Below are positions 7,890-17,588 of a stretch of DNA of 64,000 nt, piece after piece. The notes below the pieces were generated by a model. The model ran no database searches, had not been told where the DNA came from, and saw only the letters and a program-made list of their open reading frames with translations. The stretch is from an uncultured Bacillota bacterium (lineage in GTDB: Bacteria; Bacillota; Clostridia; Lachnospirales; Lachnospiraceae). The stretch covers positions 151 to 64,150 of the forward strand of contig CAJKMA010000003.1 in the NCBI GenBank assembly GCA_905200905.1. The letters are read 5' to 3'. Numbering within the stretch: the first letter of the stretch is position 1; each line of letters starts with the position of its first letter. The position numbers and the translations under genes are program-made.

Positions 7890-8744
7890 ATGACAGATAA
7901 AATTGAAAAAATCGAAATAAATACGCTTATTCCGTTTGAAAATCATCCGTTCAAAGTAAGAACGGGCGAAGAACAGACCGAACTTTTGGAGAGCATCCGA
8001 GCAAACGGTACGCTCGTTCCCATAATAGTCCGTTCTTCTTCGGCTGGTAAATATGAAATCATAAGCGGACACAGACGAGTGGAAGCCTGCAAAGAATTAG
8101 GGATTGATACCATCCCCGCTATCGTCAAAGATCTTACGAATGAAGAAGCAATTATAACGATGGTGGATGCGAATTTACAGAGAGAAAATTTACTGCCAAG
8201 CGAGAAGGCATTCGCTTACAAAATGAAAGTTGAAGCGATGAAACGCAAGGCGGGCAGACCGCAGAAAAATTCATCGCAAGTTGCGACAAATATCGACACC
8301 GCCGCAGAAATCGGTCAGGAGTTGGGCGAAAGCCGAGACCAAGTTTACCGCTATATTCGCCTTACAAACCTTATCCCCGAACTGCTGAAATTGGTGGATG
8401 AACGAAGAATTGCCTTTACTCCCGCCGTTGAACTTTCGTACCTACCCGAATACGAGCAACGGGTTTTATATGAAGAAATTGAATTTGCAGATGCTACTCC
8501 ATCACTTTCTCAGGCACAACGTTTGCGAAAATTCAGCGAACAAGGGCGACTGTCCGTTGATACAGTTTTCGCTGTGTTAAGTGAGGAAAAGCCAAATCAA
8601 AAGGAACAGGTCAAATTTATGACAGAGGATATACGAAAGTATTTTCCACGAAATTACACCAACAAAGATATGCAGCAAACGATTATAAAGCTCTTGGAAA
8701 ATTGGCAGAAAAGACGTGAGCGAAATGCAAGGGAGGAACGATAA
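7890..8744 (+). CDS. ParB/RepB/Spo0J-family protein
   Basis: PIIVR..YEIISGHRR.EA ParB N-domain, NLQRENL, central HTH. Confidence 0.9.
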   Translation: MTDKIEKIEINTLIPFENHPFKVRTGEEQTELLESIRANGTLVPIIVRSSSAGKYEIISGHRRVEACKELGIDTIPAIVKDLTNEEAIITMVDANLQRENLLPSEKAFAYKMKVEAMKRKAGRPQKNSSQVATNIDTAAEIGQELGESRDQVYRYIRLTNLIPELLKLVDERRIAFTPAVELSYLPEYEQRVLYEEIEFADATPSLSQAQRLRKFSEQGRLSVDTVFAVLSEEKPNQKEQVKFMTEDIRKYFPRNYTNKDMQQTIIKLLENWQKRRERNAREER

Positions 8745-8926
8745 TGGATAACCAAAACAAGGTAAATATTTCTTTATTAGCACCCTTTTTTGAGATAGAC
8801 GAAACACCGTTTGTTATGAAAATCGGTGGGACAACCTATGAAGTTACAACTCATTTCAGTACAAAAGGTAAAGAAACGGTGTTTGAACAGTTCAAGGAAC
8901 TGCTTACCGAAACAAAACTGATATAA
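8744..8926 (+). CDS. TnpW-like small transposon protein
   Basis: KIGGTTYEVTTHFS..GKET pattern; directly upstream of the serine recombinase as in Tn4451-like elements. Confidence 0.6.
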   Translation: MDNQNKVNISLLAPFFEIDETPFVMKIGGTTYEVTTHFSTKGKETVFEQFKELLTETKLI

Positions 8927-8938
8927 CACCACACATTC

Positions 8939-8993
8939 GACAGCCACAGCATTGCAAGTGTATAATTATCGCACATTGCAATGCCCGGTTGTC
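8939..8993 (+). promoter_or_regulatory. Inverted repeat enclosing a TATAAT upstream of the recombinase
   Basis: GACAGCC(8939)/GGTTGTC(8987) and GCATTGCAA(8949)/TTGCAATGC(8976); TATAAT 8961-8966 in the loop. Confidence 0.55.
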
Positions 8994-9009
8994 ATCAGAA
9001 AGGAGATAA

Positions 9010-10725
<1,716 letters not shown>

Positions 10726-10733
10726 AAGAAAAG

Positions 10734-10770
10734 GGTGTAACCCCATTTTATTGAGGTTACACCACATTTT
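10734..10770 (+). terminator. Hairpin after the recombinase, close to the element end
   Basis: GGTGTAACC...GGTTACACC stem followed by ACATTTT. Confidence 0.6.
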
Positions 10771-10793
10771 CAAAAATACTTCCTTATTAGCCC

Positions 10794-11399
10794 TCGGCTT
10801 TCTTCCAGGGTGATTTCTTCGGTGATATGACGGTGAATATACGCAAATAAATCATCTAACACAAATTGCCGCTGGCCTTTTTTCTATTGTTCGAACTCTT
10901 CCCGGATACATGCTCTTAAAATGGCAATGAGCATGAGAGACAACATATTTTTTTCAAATAGTTCTTCCGCAAACTCTGTTTTGTCTGCCCGTTCCAGCCT
11001 GGTAAACAGGTTCTTCAAAATTGCGGCAGTGCCTCCATCTGTGGAAACGCTGATGCAGGAAAAAGGGACAACTTCAATGCTTTTCTGGAAATCCACAGAT
11101 TCATCAGATAAATCCTTCAGCAATTCCTTAGAATAGCGTATCCAGAACAATTCCACAGGATGTTTTGGATTTTTCCAATATAATTGGATGGATTTTTGCG
11201 GTTTTATAAGAATCATATCATTTGGCCCGCATTGCCTGATTTCACTATCTTCTTTTGCTTCATGAAAAATACAATTTCCAACCCGCACAATCAAAAAACT
11301 GTAATAGTCCATGGAGGAAATTCTCTTTTTTTTGCTATCTTCCAATAAAATGCGTTCAATCTGATAGTTATACTTTTGTTCTTTTTTATAATCTGTCAT
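10794..11399 (-). pseudogene. AraC-family regulator, disrupted by an in-frame TAG and truncated at the element junction
   Basis: Cupin-like N-domain ends at TAG 10884-10886; the same frame continues KKGQRQFVLDDLFAYIHRHITEEITLEE (start of an AraC HTH) and then runs into element sequence. Confidence 0.8.
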
Positions 11400-11599
11400 A
11401 ATTTATAAAAAACCTCACTTGTTTTTGTGCAATATTTTGCATACGCGGCATAAATTTAAAATGATTATGGTTAATTACTATAATAAGTCAATTTTCGACA
11501 GTTTTCAATCAATTTATGTATATGTTTTCATAAATGTATTTTATATACTTTGTCTATGCTAGCAGGTCGTTAAAAACGTGTCAAAAGGAGGAGAATGTT

Positions 11600-13006
11600 T
11601 TGAAAGAAACACAAACAAACGTAAGACCCTTCTCAATGAAGGATAAAATCGGGGTAACCCTGGGAGATTTGGGATGTTGCTGTACAGAGCAGTTCCGTGC
11701 TATGTTCCTTACTGTATTCTATACACTGGTACTTCAGGTAAATCCCATTCATGTTGGAATTCTGATGTTAGTTACAAAAATATGGGATGCAATCAATGAC
11801 CCGATTATTGGTGCACTGGTAGATATGCGCCGTTCACAAAAAGGCGGAAAATTTATTCCTTGGATTCGTGCCTTTTCTTTTCCAATGGCGGTATTGTGTG
11901 TTCTTGGTTTTGTAAATGTAAGCAATCTGGACTATGGTTTCCGTATTGGATATATGTTTGTTACGTATGTATTGTATGAAGCACTTTATACTTGTGTCAA
12001 TGTTCCTTTTGGAAGTCTTTCCAGTGTCATGACAGATGATGTCAAAGAAAGAACAGCATTATCACGTTACCGCAGTCTTGGAGGAACTATTTTCATGACT
12101 GTTATTGTTATGATTGGTCCTCTTGTATTGTATGAAAACAATCAGCCAATCCCGGGCAGATTTCTGATGATGGCTTCTGTCTGTGCACTTGTCGGACTGC
12201 TTTGCCTGCAGGTGACCTGTGTATGGTGCAAGGAGCGTGTTGTACTTCCGGAACCGGAGAAAAAAGAGAAACTTCACTACTTTGAAATTATTAAACATGT
12301 TGCAAAAAACAGTGCATTCCTGGGTGTTGTTTTGTTCAGTTTCCTTGGAATGGTGGGTGCTTCCATTGTGAACGGTCTTAATACATACCTGTTCCGTGAC
12401 TGGTTTGGTGATGTACAGATTATGGCTGTTTCCGGTGCACTGAACACCTTATATGCCGTGATTGTTTTTGCATTTACCCAGCCCCTTGCAAACAAATTTG
12501 GAAAGAAGGAATGGTGTGTTGCAGGAGCCGGAGGAGCAGCCTTGGTGTTTGCCGTTTTATTCTTCTTCCCAATCCACAATCCAATGTTGTTTATCATTAT
12601 TAATGGTATCTGTTTCCTGGGTGCCAGCGGAATGCAGGTTCTTGTATGGGCACTTGTCAATGACGCTATTGACTATCAGGAGTTGCAGACAGGACAGAGA
12701 AACGAGGGAATCCTTTATTCTGCATATTCCTTTTTCCGTAAACTGGCAAATGCAGTTTCAGGAAGTTTCTCCAGTTTTGCACTGGGTATTATTGGATACC
12801 AGGTTGCTGAGACCGTTCAGACAACAGAGGTAGTCAACCGCATCTGGAAAACTTATACAGGAAGCTATGTAATCGGATATGGACTGGCAGTTCTTGTTCT
12901 TCTTTTCCTGTATCCACTGAGCAAGAAAAAGACACAGGAAATGCTGGAAGAGCTGAAAGTAAAACGTGCAGAGAGAGCTGCTAAGGCAGAAGCAAGTGAT
13001 ATTTAG
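11600..13006 (+). CDS. GPH-family (MelB/UidB-like) MFS glycoside:cation symporter
   Basis: WDAINDPIIG..D, NVPFGSL, DY.E..TG.RNEG motifs; many TM helices; TTG start at 11600 after AGGAGG. Confidence 0.85.
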   Translation: MKETQTNVRPFSMKDKIGVTLGDLGCCCTEQFRAMFLTVFYTLVLQVNPIHVGILMLVTKIWDAINDPIIGALVDMRRSQKGGKFIPWIRAFSFPMAVLCVLGFVNVSNLDYGFRIGYMFVTYVLYEALYTCVNVPFGSLSSVMTDDVKERTALSRYRSLGGTIFMTVIVMIGPLVLYENNQPIPGRFLMMASVCALVGLLCLQVTCVWCKERVVLPEPEKKEKLHYFEIIKHVAKNSAFLGVVLFSFLGMVGASIVNGLNTYLFRDWFGDVQIMAVSGALNTLYAVIVFAFTQPLANKFGKKEWCVAGAGGAALVFAVLFFFPIHNPMLFIIINGICFLGASGMQVLVWALVNDAIDYQELQTGQRNEGILYSAYSFFRKLANAVSGSFSSFALGIIGYQVAETVQTTEVVNRIWKTYTGSYVIGYGLAVLVLLFLYPLSKKKTQEMLEELKVKRAERAAKAEASDI

Positions 13007-13024
13007 TTTAGAAAGGATATTATT

Positions 13025-13780
13025 ATGAAAACATTACAGATTGAGTTTGCAAACCGCCAGGGGCTGGTACTTCGTGGTATCGTGACTTTGCCGGATGGAG
13101 AAGGAGCTTTTCCTGTTGTGATAAATCTTCATGGATTCACCGGAACAAAGGAAGGCCATAAAGGACTTCATATTACCATGGCAAGAAAACTGGCAGAAGA
13201 AGGAATTGGCTGTATCCGTTTTGATTTTTCCAATAATGGAGAAAGTGACGGAGAATTTGAAAATATGACATTTACTTCTTTGATCCAGGATACAGAAGAT
13301 ATCTGGAACTGGGCAAAAGAACAGCTCTATGTAGATTGTGACCGCATGATTTTATCTGGTCACAGCATGGGCGGATTCGTGGCAGCAACCAGTGCACCGA
13401 GGATTCACCCGGCTGGCCTGATTCTTATGTGCCCAGGAAAACAGATGTGGGATGGATGTGGAGAACGTTCCCGTGCTATGGAACAGCACGGAATTCTCTT
13501 TGGTGACATAGAAGGATTAAAATTCAGCCATGCCTTTAACTACGACCTGGAAAAATATAATCCGTTTGAAGATGCAAAAGGATATGAAGGACCTGTGCTG
13601 ATAGTACGGGGAACAAAAGATGAACTGGTAGATGAGGAGACTTGTGAAACTTATCTTTCTCTTTATCAGAATCCAAATAAGCACTTGGTTCATGTGGAAA
13701 ATGCAAATCATAATTTTTCAGGTATTCCATGCAGAACCGAATTGACGAAACAGGTTTGTCTCTTCGCAAAGGAGATTTAA
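13025..13780 (+). CDS. Alpha/beta-hydrolase (esterase, cinnamoyl/feruloyl-esterase-like)
   Basis: HGFTG oxyanion loop, GHSMG nucleophile elbow, Asp (GTKDELV) and His (ANHNF). Confidence 0.85.
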   Translation: MKTLQIEFANRQGLVLRGIVTLPDGEGAFPVVINLHGFTGTKEGHKGLHITMARKLAEEGIGCIRFDFSNNGESDGEFENMTFTSLIQDTEDIWNWAKEQLYVDCDRMILSGHSMGGFVAATSAPRIHPAGLILMCPGKQMWDGCGERSRAMEQHGILFGDIEGLKFSHAFNYDLEKYNPFEDAKGYEGPVLIVRGTKDELVDEETCETYLSLYQNPNKHLVHVENANHNFSGIPCRTELTKQVCLFAKEI

Positions 13781-13822
13781 TAAGATACTGATTCCATTGC
13801 AGACCAGAAAGAAGGAATAAGA

Positions 13823-15748
13823 ATGAAATTAACTGAAAAACTTACAATCCGTAACACAACATTCAAAAACCGTGTCATGTTTCCGCCTCTTACTACTGGA
13901 TATGAAGACAGAAATGGCACTATCACAGACCAGGATATGGATTTTTATACCCGTCTGGCAAAAGGCGGTGTGGGATATATTGTAATTGGTGATGTGGCAC
14001 CAGTGAATAATTTTACACCAACACCAAGATTATTTCAGGATTCTCAGATTGAGTCTTTTAAAAAGCTGGCGGACAGTGTTCATGAGTATGGAGCAAAACT
14101 TGGAATCCAGATTTTCCATCCGGAATACGATTGCGAGACCATGATGCGTCTTTTTGCAGAAGGAAAGATGGAAGAGGTGCGTGCAAAACTTCATCATGAT
14201 ATGATGCATTTTGTGGATGAAGTAAGTGAAGAGACACTGCTTTCTATTATTGATAAAATGTGTGCCTGTGCAGTCCGTGCACAGAAAGCAGGTGTGGATG
14301 TGATCCAGATTCATGGTGACCGTCTGGTAGGAGCACTTTGCAGCACAAAAATGAACCACAGAACAGATAAATTTGGAGGAAGTCTGGAAAACAGGACACG
14401 TTTTGCACTTCTTCTTGTGGAGGCTTTAAGAAAAGCAGTTCCTGATATGATCCTTGATTACAAATTTTCTGTTGTAACACCTGAGAGAGGAAAAGGCGGA
14501 ATCGATGAGGCAGATGCACCTGTTTTCGCACAGATGCTGGAAAAAGCTGGTGTGGATATGCTTCATGTGGCACAGGCAAATCATACAGGAAATATGGCAG
14601 ATACCATCCCTCCAATGGGAGTACAGCCTTATGGATTTTTTGCGGAAATTTCAGGCAAGGTAAAGGAAGCTGTATCTATTCCGGTCAGCACTGTAGGACG
14701 TATTATCACTCCAGAGATGGCAGAGCAGATTCTTGCTTCTGGTAAAGCGGATATGGTAGGAATCGGCCGTGGTCTTCTTGCTGATGCAGATTGGGCAAAT
14801 AAAGCTGCAAACCATGACTTCTGTGATATTCGTCTTTGCATTTCCTGTAATAAAGGATGTACGGATAAGATTCAGCACCGTGAATTTTTATCTTGCGTGC
14901 TGAATGCAGAAAATGGATATGAAGGAACGAGAAAAATCCTTCCTGCTGAAACACCGAAGCATCTGGTGATTATAGGAGGAGGAGCAGCGGGCATGGAAGC
15001 AGCCCGTGTGGCAGCCGAAAAAGGTCACCGTGTGACTTTGTTTGAACAGAACACCAGACTTGGCGGTCAATTAGAACTGGCCTGTGTGCCTCCACGCAAA
15101 GAAGAAATGCGTCGCTTTACAGAATACCTGTCCCACTGCATGAAACAGGATGCCATTACCCTGCGTCTTGGGGAAAAGGCAACACCGGAAAAGATTCTTG
15201 CATTAAACCCAGATCATGTCATCATTGCAGTTGGTGCACATAGCTTCCATTTCCCAATCAAAGGAATTGATCAGGCTTGTGTCTGTGATGCATGGGATGT
15301 TCTTAGAGGAACCACACAGGTTTATGGAAAAGCAGCTGTTATCGGAGGCGGTATGGTAGGCTGTGAAACAGCAGAATATCTGGCTGAAAAAGGATGCCAG
15401 GTATCTGTGATTGAAATGATGGATAAGATTGCAGCAGGAGAAAGCGAAACCATCCTTCCTACCTTAAAAGAAAATTATAAAAAATATGGTGTTGCTGAAT
15501 ATCCTTCTCACAAAGTAGAAGAAATTCAGATGGGAAAAGTGATCTGCCGCAACAAAGCCGAGGAAGAGGTTATCATTGACTGCGATTTCGTTGTTCTTGC
15601 CATGGGAGCAAAACCAGTGATCTTCGATACCACATTTTTAGAAGAAGCAAAGATTCCTTTTGCAAAAATCGGAGATTGCGGGGAGAGGGCAGCAGACATT
15701 GCAAATGCAGTGAGAACCGCCTATGACACCGTGAATGCAATCTCATAA
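13823..15748 (+). CDS. bilR: Bilirubin reductase, long form (OYE-family flavin oxidoreductase)
   Basis: OYE TIM barrel with HGDR motif in place of HxxHGY; FPPLTTGYE, QIFHPEYD, QANHTGNM; CISCNKGC Fe-S motif; two Rossmann GxGxxG motifs. Confidence 0.85.
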   Translation: MKLTEKLTIRNTTFKNRVMFPPLTTGYEDRNGTITDQDMDFYTRLAKGGVGYIVIGDVAPVNNFTPTPRLFQDSQIESFKKLADSVHEYGAKLGIQIFHPEYDCETMMRLFAEGKMEEVRAKLHHDMMHFVDEVSEETLLSIIDKMCACAVRAQKAGVDVIQIHGDRLVGALCSTKMNHRTDKFGGSLENRTRFALLLVEALRKAVPDMILDYKFSVVTPERGKGGIDEADAPVFAQMLEKAGVDMLHVAQANHTGNMADTIPPMGVQPYGFFAEISGKVKEAVSIPVSTVGRIITPEMAEQILASGKADMVGIGRGLLADADWANKAANHDFCDIRLCISCNKGCTDKIQHREFLSCVLNAENGYEGTRKILPAETPKHLVIIGGGAAGMEAARVAAEKGHRVTLFEQNTRLGGQLELACVPPRKEEMRRFTEYLSHCMKQDAITLRLGEKATPEKILALNPDHVIIAVGAHSFHFPIKGIDQACVCDAWDVLRGTTQVYGKAAVIGGGMVGCETAEYLAEKGCQVSVIEMMDKIAAGESETILPTLKENYKKYGVAEYPSHKVEEIQMGKVICRNKAEEEVIIDCDFVVLAMGAKPVIFDTTFLEEAKIPFAKIGDCGERAADIANAVRTAYDTVNAIS

Positions 15749-15781
15749 AGGTAGAAAATAAGATCTCATAAAGAAAACTCG

Positions 15782-15832
15782 AAAAGCACTCTGGCTATGC
15801 ATAGTATGCAATAGTAGCCGGGGTGCTTTTTC
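15782..15832 (+). terminator. Intrinsic terminator after the bilR operon
   Basis: AAAAGCACTCTGGCTA...TAGCCGGGGTGCTTTTT. Confidence 0.75.
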
Positions 15833-15940
15833 CATAGATAGGTTCTTGTTCAATATGTGTATATATATTATACTTTTATCAAAGTGAAAAGAGACATTGA
15901 GTAGTATCAGGAAAAAAATAAATGAGAAAGGGATTAGGGA

Positions 15941-16327
15941 TTGAATATGAAAAATTTAGTATTACATGATGTGAGCCAGGACAGTGCATACCGTTATACG
16001 GGGATTACAACCTTTGAAAATCTTGCAGAAGTGACAAGAGATTATCCATTTGAAGAAGATGTGATGGAAAAAGCTGCGATTCATAAACAAACCATGATGA
16101 GCCAGCAGAACGGAATTTCATCTTTCGTATTGACTCTCCGTATTTCGCCAAATGCAGAGATTCTGGAAGATGGAGAGAGCCTGCACTTTACTTTTGACGA
16201 ATTTGAAATCAGAGACGGAAGAAGTAAATGTGCGGCAGTTTCCATGTTAGATCCAGAGTATCTAGAGGATAACTGGGTGAGAGTGCAGGTATTTGTGCTG
16301 GATCAGGAAAAGATGAACAGGTTGTAA
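15941..16327 (+). CDS. Hypothetical protein
   Basis: 128-aa ORF with RBS-like purine run; no motif recognised. Confidence 0.6.
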   Translation: MNMKNLVLHDVSQDSAYRYTGITTFENLAEVTRDYPFEEDVMEKAAIHKQTMMSQQNGISSFVLTLRISPNAEILEDGESLHFTFDEFEIRDGRSKCAAVSMLDPEYLEDNWVRVQVFVLDQEKMNRL

Positions 16328-16345
16328 AATAAGGGGGATAATTTC

Positions 16346-16549
16346 ATGAATGTTATGCCCATTCCTGAATTGATTGCCAGAGTTACAAAAATATGCAAGG
16401 AAAACGGGGTAAAGAAATTGTACTTGTTTGACCCTTTTGCCACAGGAACGGCAACTCCAGAGAGTGATATAGATATTTTTGATTATGACAACATTCGCAA
16501 TGAGTTTTTATTAGAGGATATTGAGAAATATGGAAAGCAAATCTATTAA
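16346..16549 (+). pseudogene. Degenerate minimal nucleotidyltransferase (MNT antitoxin-like)
   Basis: LFDPFATGTATPESDID in place of LFGS..xG.....SDxD; only 67 aa, apparent internal deletion. Confidence 0.65.
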
Positions 16550-16931
16550 TAGATATCATACTTTTTGCAGAAGTCTGAAAAAATTGGAGAAAAGCAGAAC
16601 TGCAGATGTGGAGAAGGATTTTGTCCCAGAAGGAACCGTTCTGAATTTTAGCCTTACCTTTGATATATCCTGGAAAGTTATGAAAGATATTCTTGTGAAA
16701 GAGATGGGAATCCTTGATTTTGCTATCGGTTCCCCAAGAGAAACACTGCAGCAAGCTTTCCAGAACAAAATCATCGAAGATGACAGGTGGATTCAGATGC
16801 TGAAAACAAGAAATCAGTTGGCACATGATTATGACGGAATCTTTGCAAAAGAGAAATTCCAGGAGATTATAGAATGTTATTATCCCCTGTTTGAACAATT
16901 AAAGGAGAAAGTGCAGAAATATTATAAATAG
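16530..16931 (+). CDS. HEPN-domain protein (HI0074-like nucleotidyltransferase substrate-binding family)
   Basis: F.LTFDISWK.MK, SPRE, RNQLAHDY (R-X4-H-X-Y); overlaps the MNT gene. Confidence 0.85.
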   Translation: MESKSINRYHTFCRSLKKLEKSRTADVEKDFVPEGTVLNFSLTFDISWKVMKDILVKEMGILDFAIGSPRETLQQAFQNKIIEDDRWIQMLKTRNQLAHDYDGIFAKEKFQEIIECYYPLFEQLKEKVQKYYK

Positions 16932-16960
16932 AGTTTTGGAATTATGGAGGGCAACAGAAA

Positions 16961-17458
16961 ATGAAAATATCAATTCTTTATGTGAGTCAGAGCGGGAATA
17001 CAGAGTGTGCGGCAGAATATATTGCAGACGGAATCATGGCGAGTTTTCCATTCATTGAGGTGAAGTTAATGTCCATTCGGGATCAGGAGGTCGACCTTGA
17101 TTTTTTACAACAAAGTGAAGCGGTGATTTTTGGTGCACCTGTGTATTGTGCAGGAATAAGCTGGGAATTGAAGCAATGGTTTGATTCTCATGTGCGGCTG
17201 GATTTAAGCGGAAAAATCGGTGCTGCCTTTGTAACTGCACAGTCGCCCATAGGAGGAGTAGATACTGCGATTATGGATATTGTGAGAAATATGCTGTTGA
17301 AGAGAATGCTGGTATTTTCAGGGGCAGGAGAAAAAACAGAAAACAGATTTCAGCTGGGAGCCATAGGCATTGCAAAAACTCTAGAGCAGGATGCTTCACA
17401 ATTGGAATTGTTTGGCGAGCACGTTGCCAAGATGGCGGTGCGAATGGCGGTCAGATAA
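16961..17458 (+). CDS. Flavodoxin/WrbA-like protein
   Basis: YVSQSGNTE FMN loop, FGAPVY, GKIGAAF. Confidence 0.85.
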   Translation: MKISILYVSQSGNTECAAEYIADGIMASFPFIEVKLMSIRDQEVDLDFLQQSEAVIFGAPVYCAGISWELKQWFDSHVRLDLSGKIGAAFVTAQSPIGGVDTAIMDIVRNMLLKRMLVFSGAGEKTENRFQLGAIGIAKTLEQDASQLELFGEHVAKMAVRMAVR

Positions 17459-17472
17459 AAATAACAAAAAAA

Positions 17473-17515
17473 TTAGCACTCACCTCTTGACAGTGCTAAT
17501 AATAAGTGTTATATT
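17473..17515 (+). promoter_or_regulatory. CIRCE (HrcA operator) overlapping the clpB promoter
   Basis: TTAGCACTC-N9-CAGTGCTAA 17473-17499; TTGACA 17487-17492, 17 bp, TG-N-TATATT 17510-17515. Confidence 0.88.
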
Positions 17516-17588
17516 TGCCCTAGAACAAGAGAAAAAGCACACCCGAACAATTTTATCGGGATTAGAATAACCAAAATGGAGGGATACT

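Noticed and set aside
16961..17458. Flavodoxin as a bilS partner of bilR
   Set aside because: Separated from bilR by a terminator and three unrelated genes; looks like a generic WrbA-type flavodoxin; cannot be supported without a search
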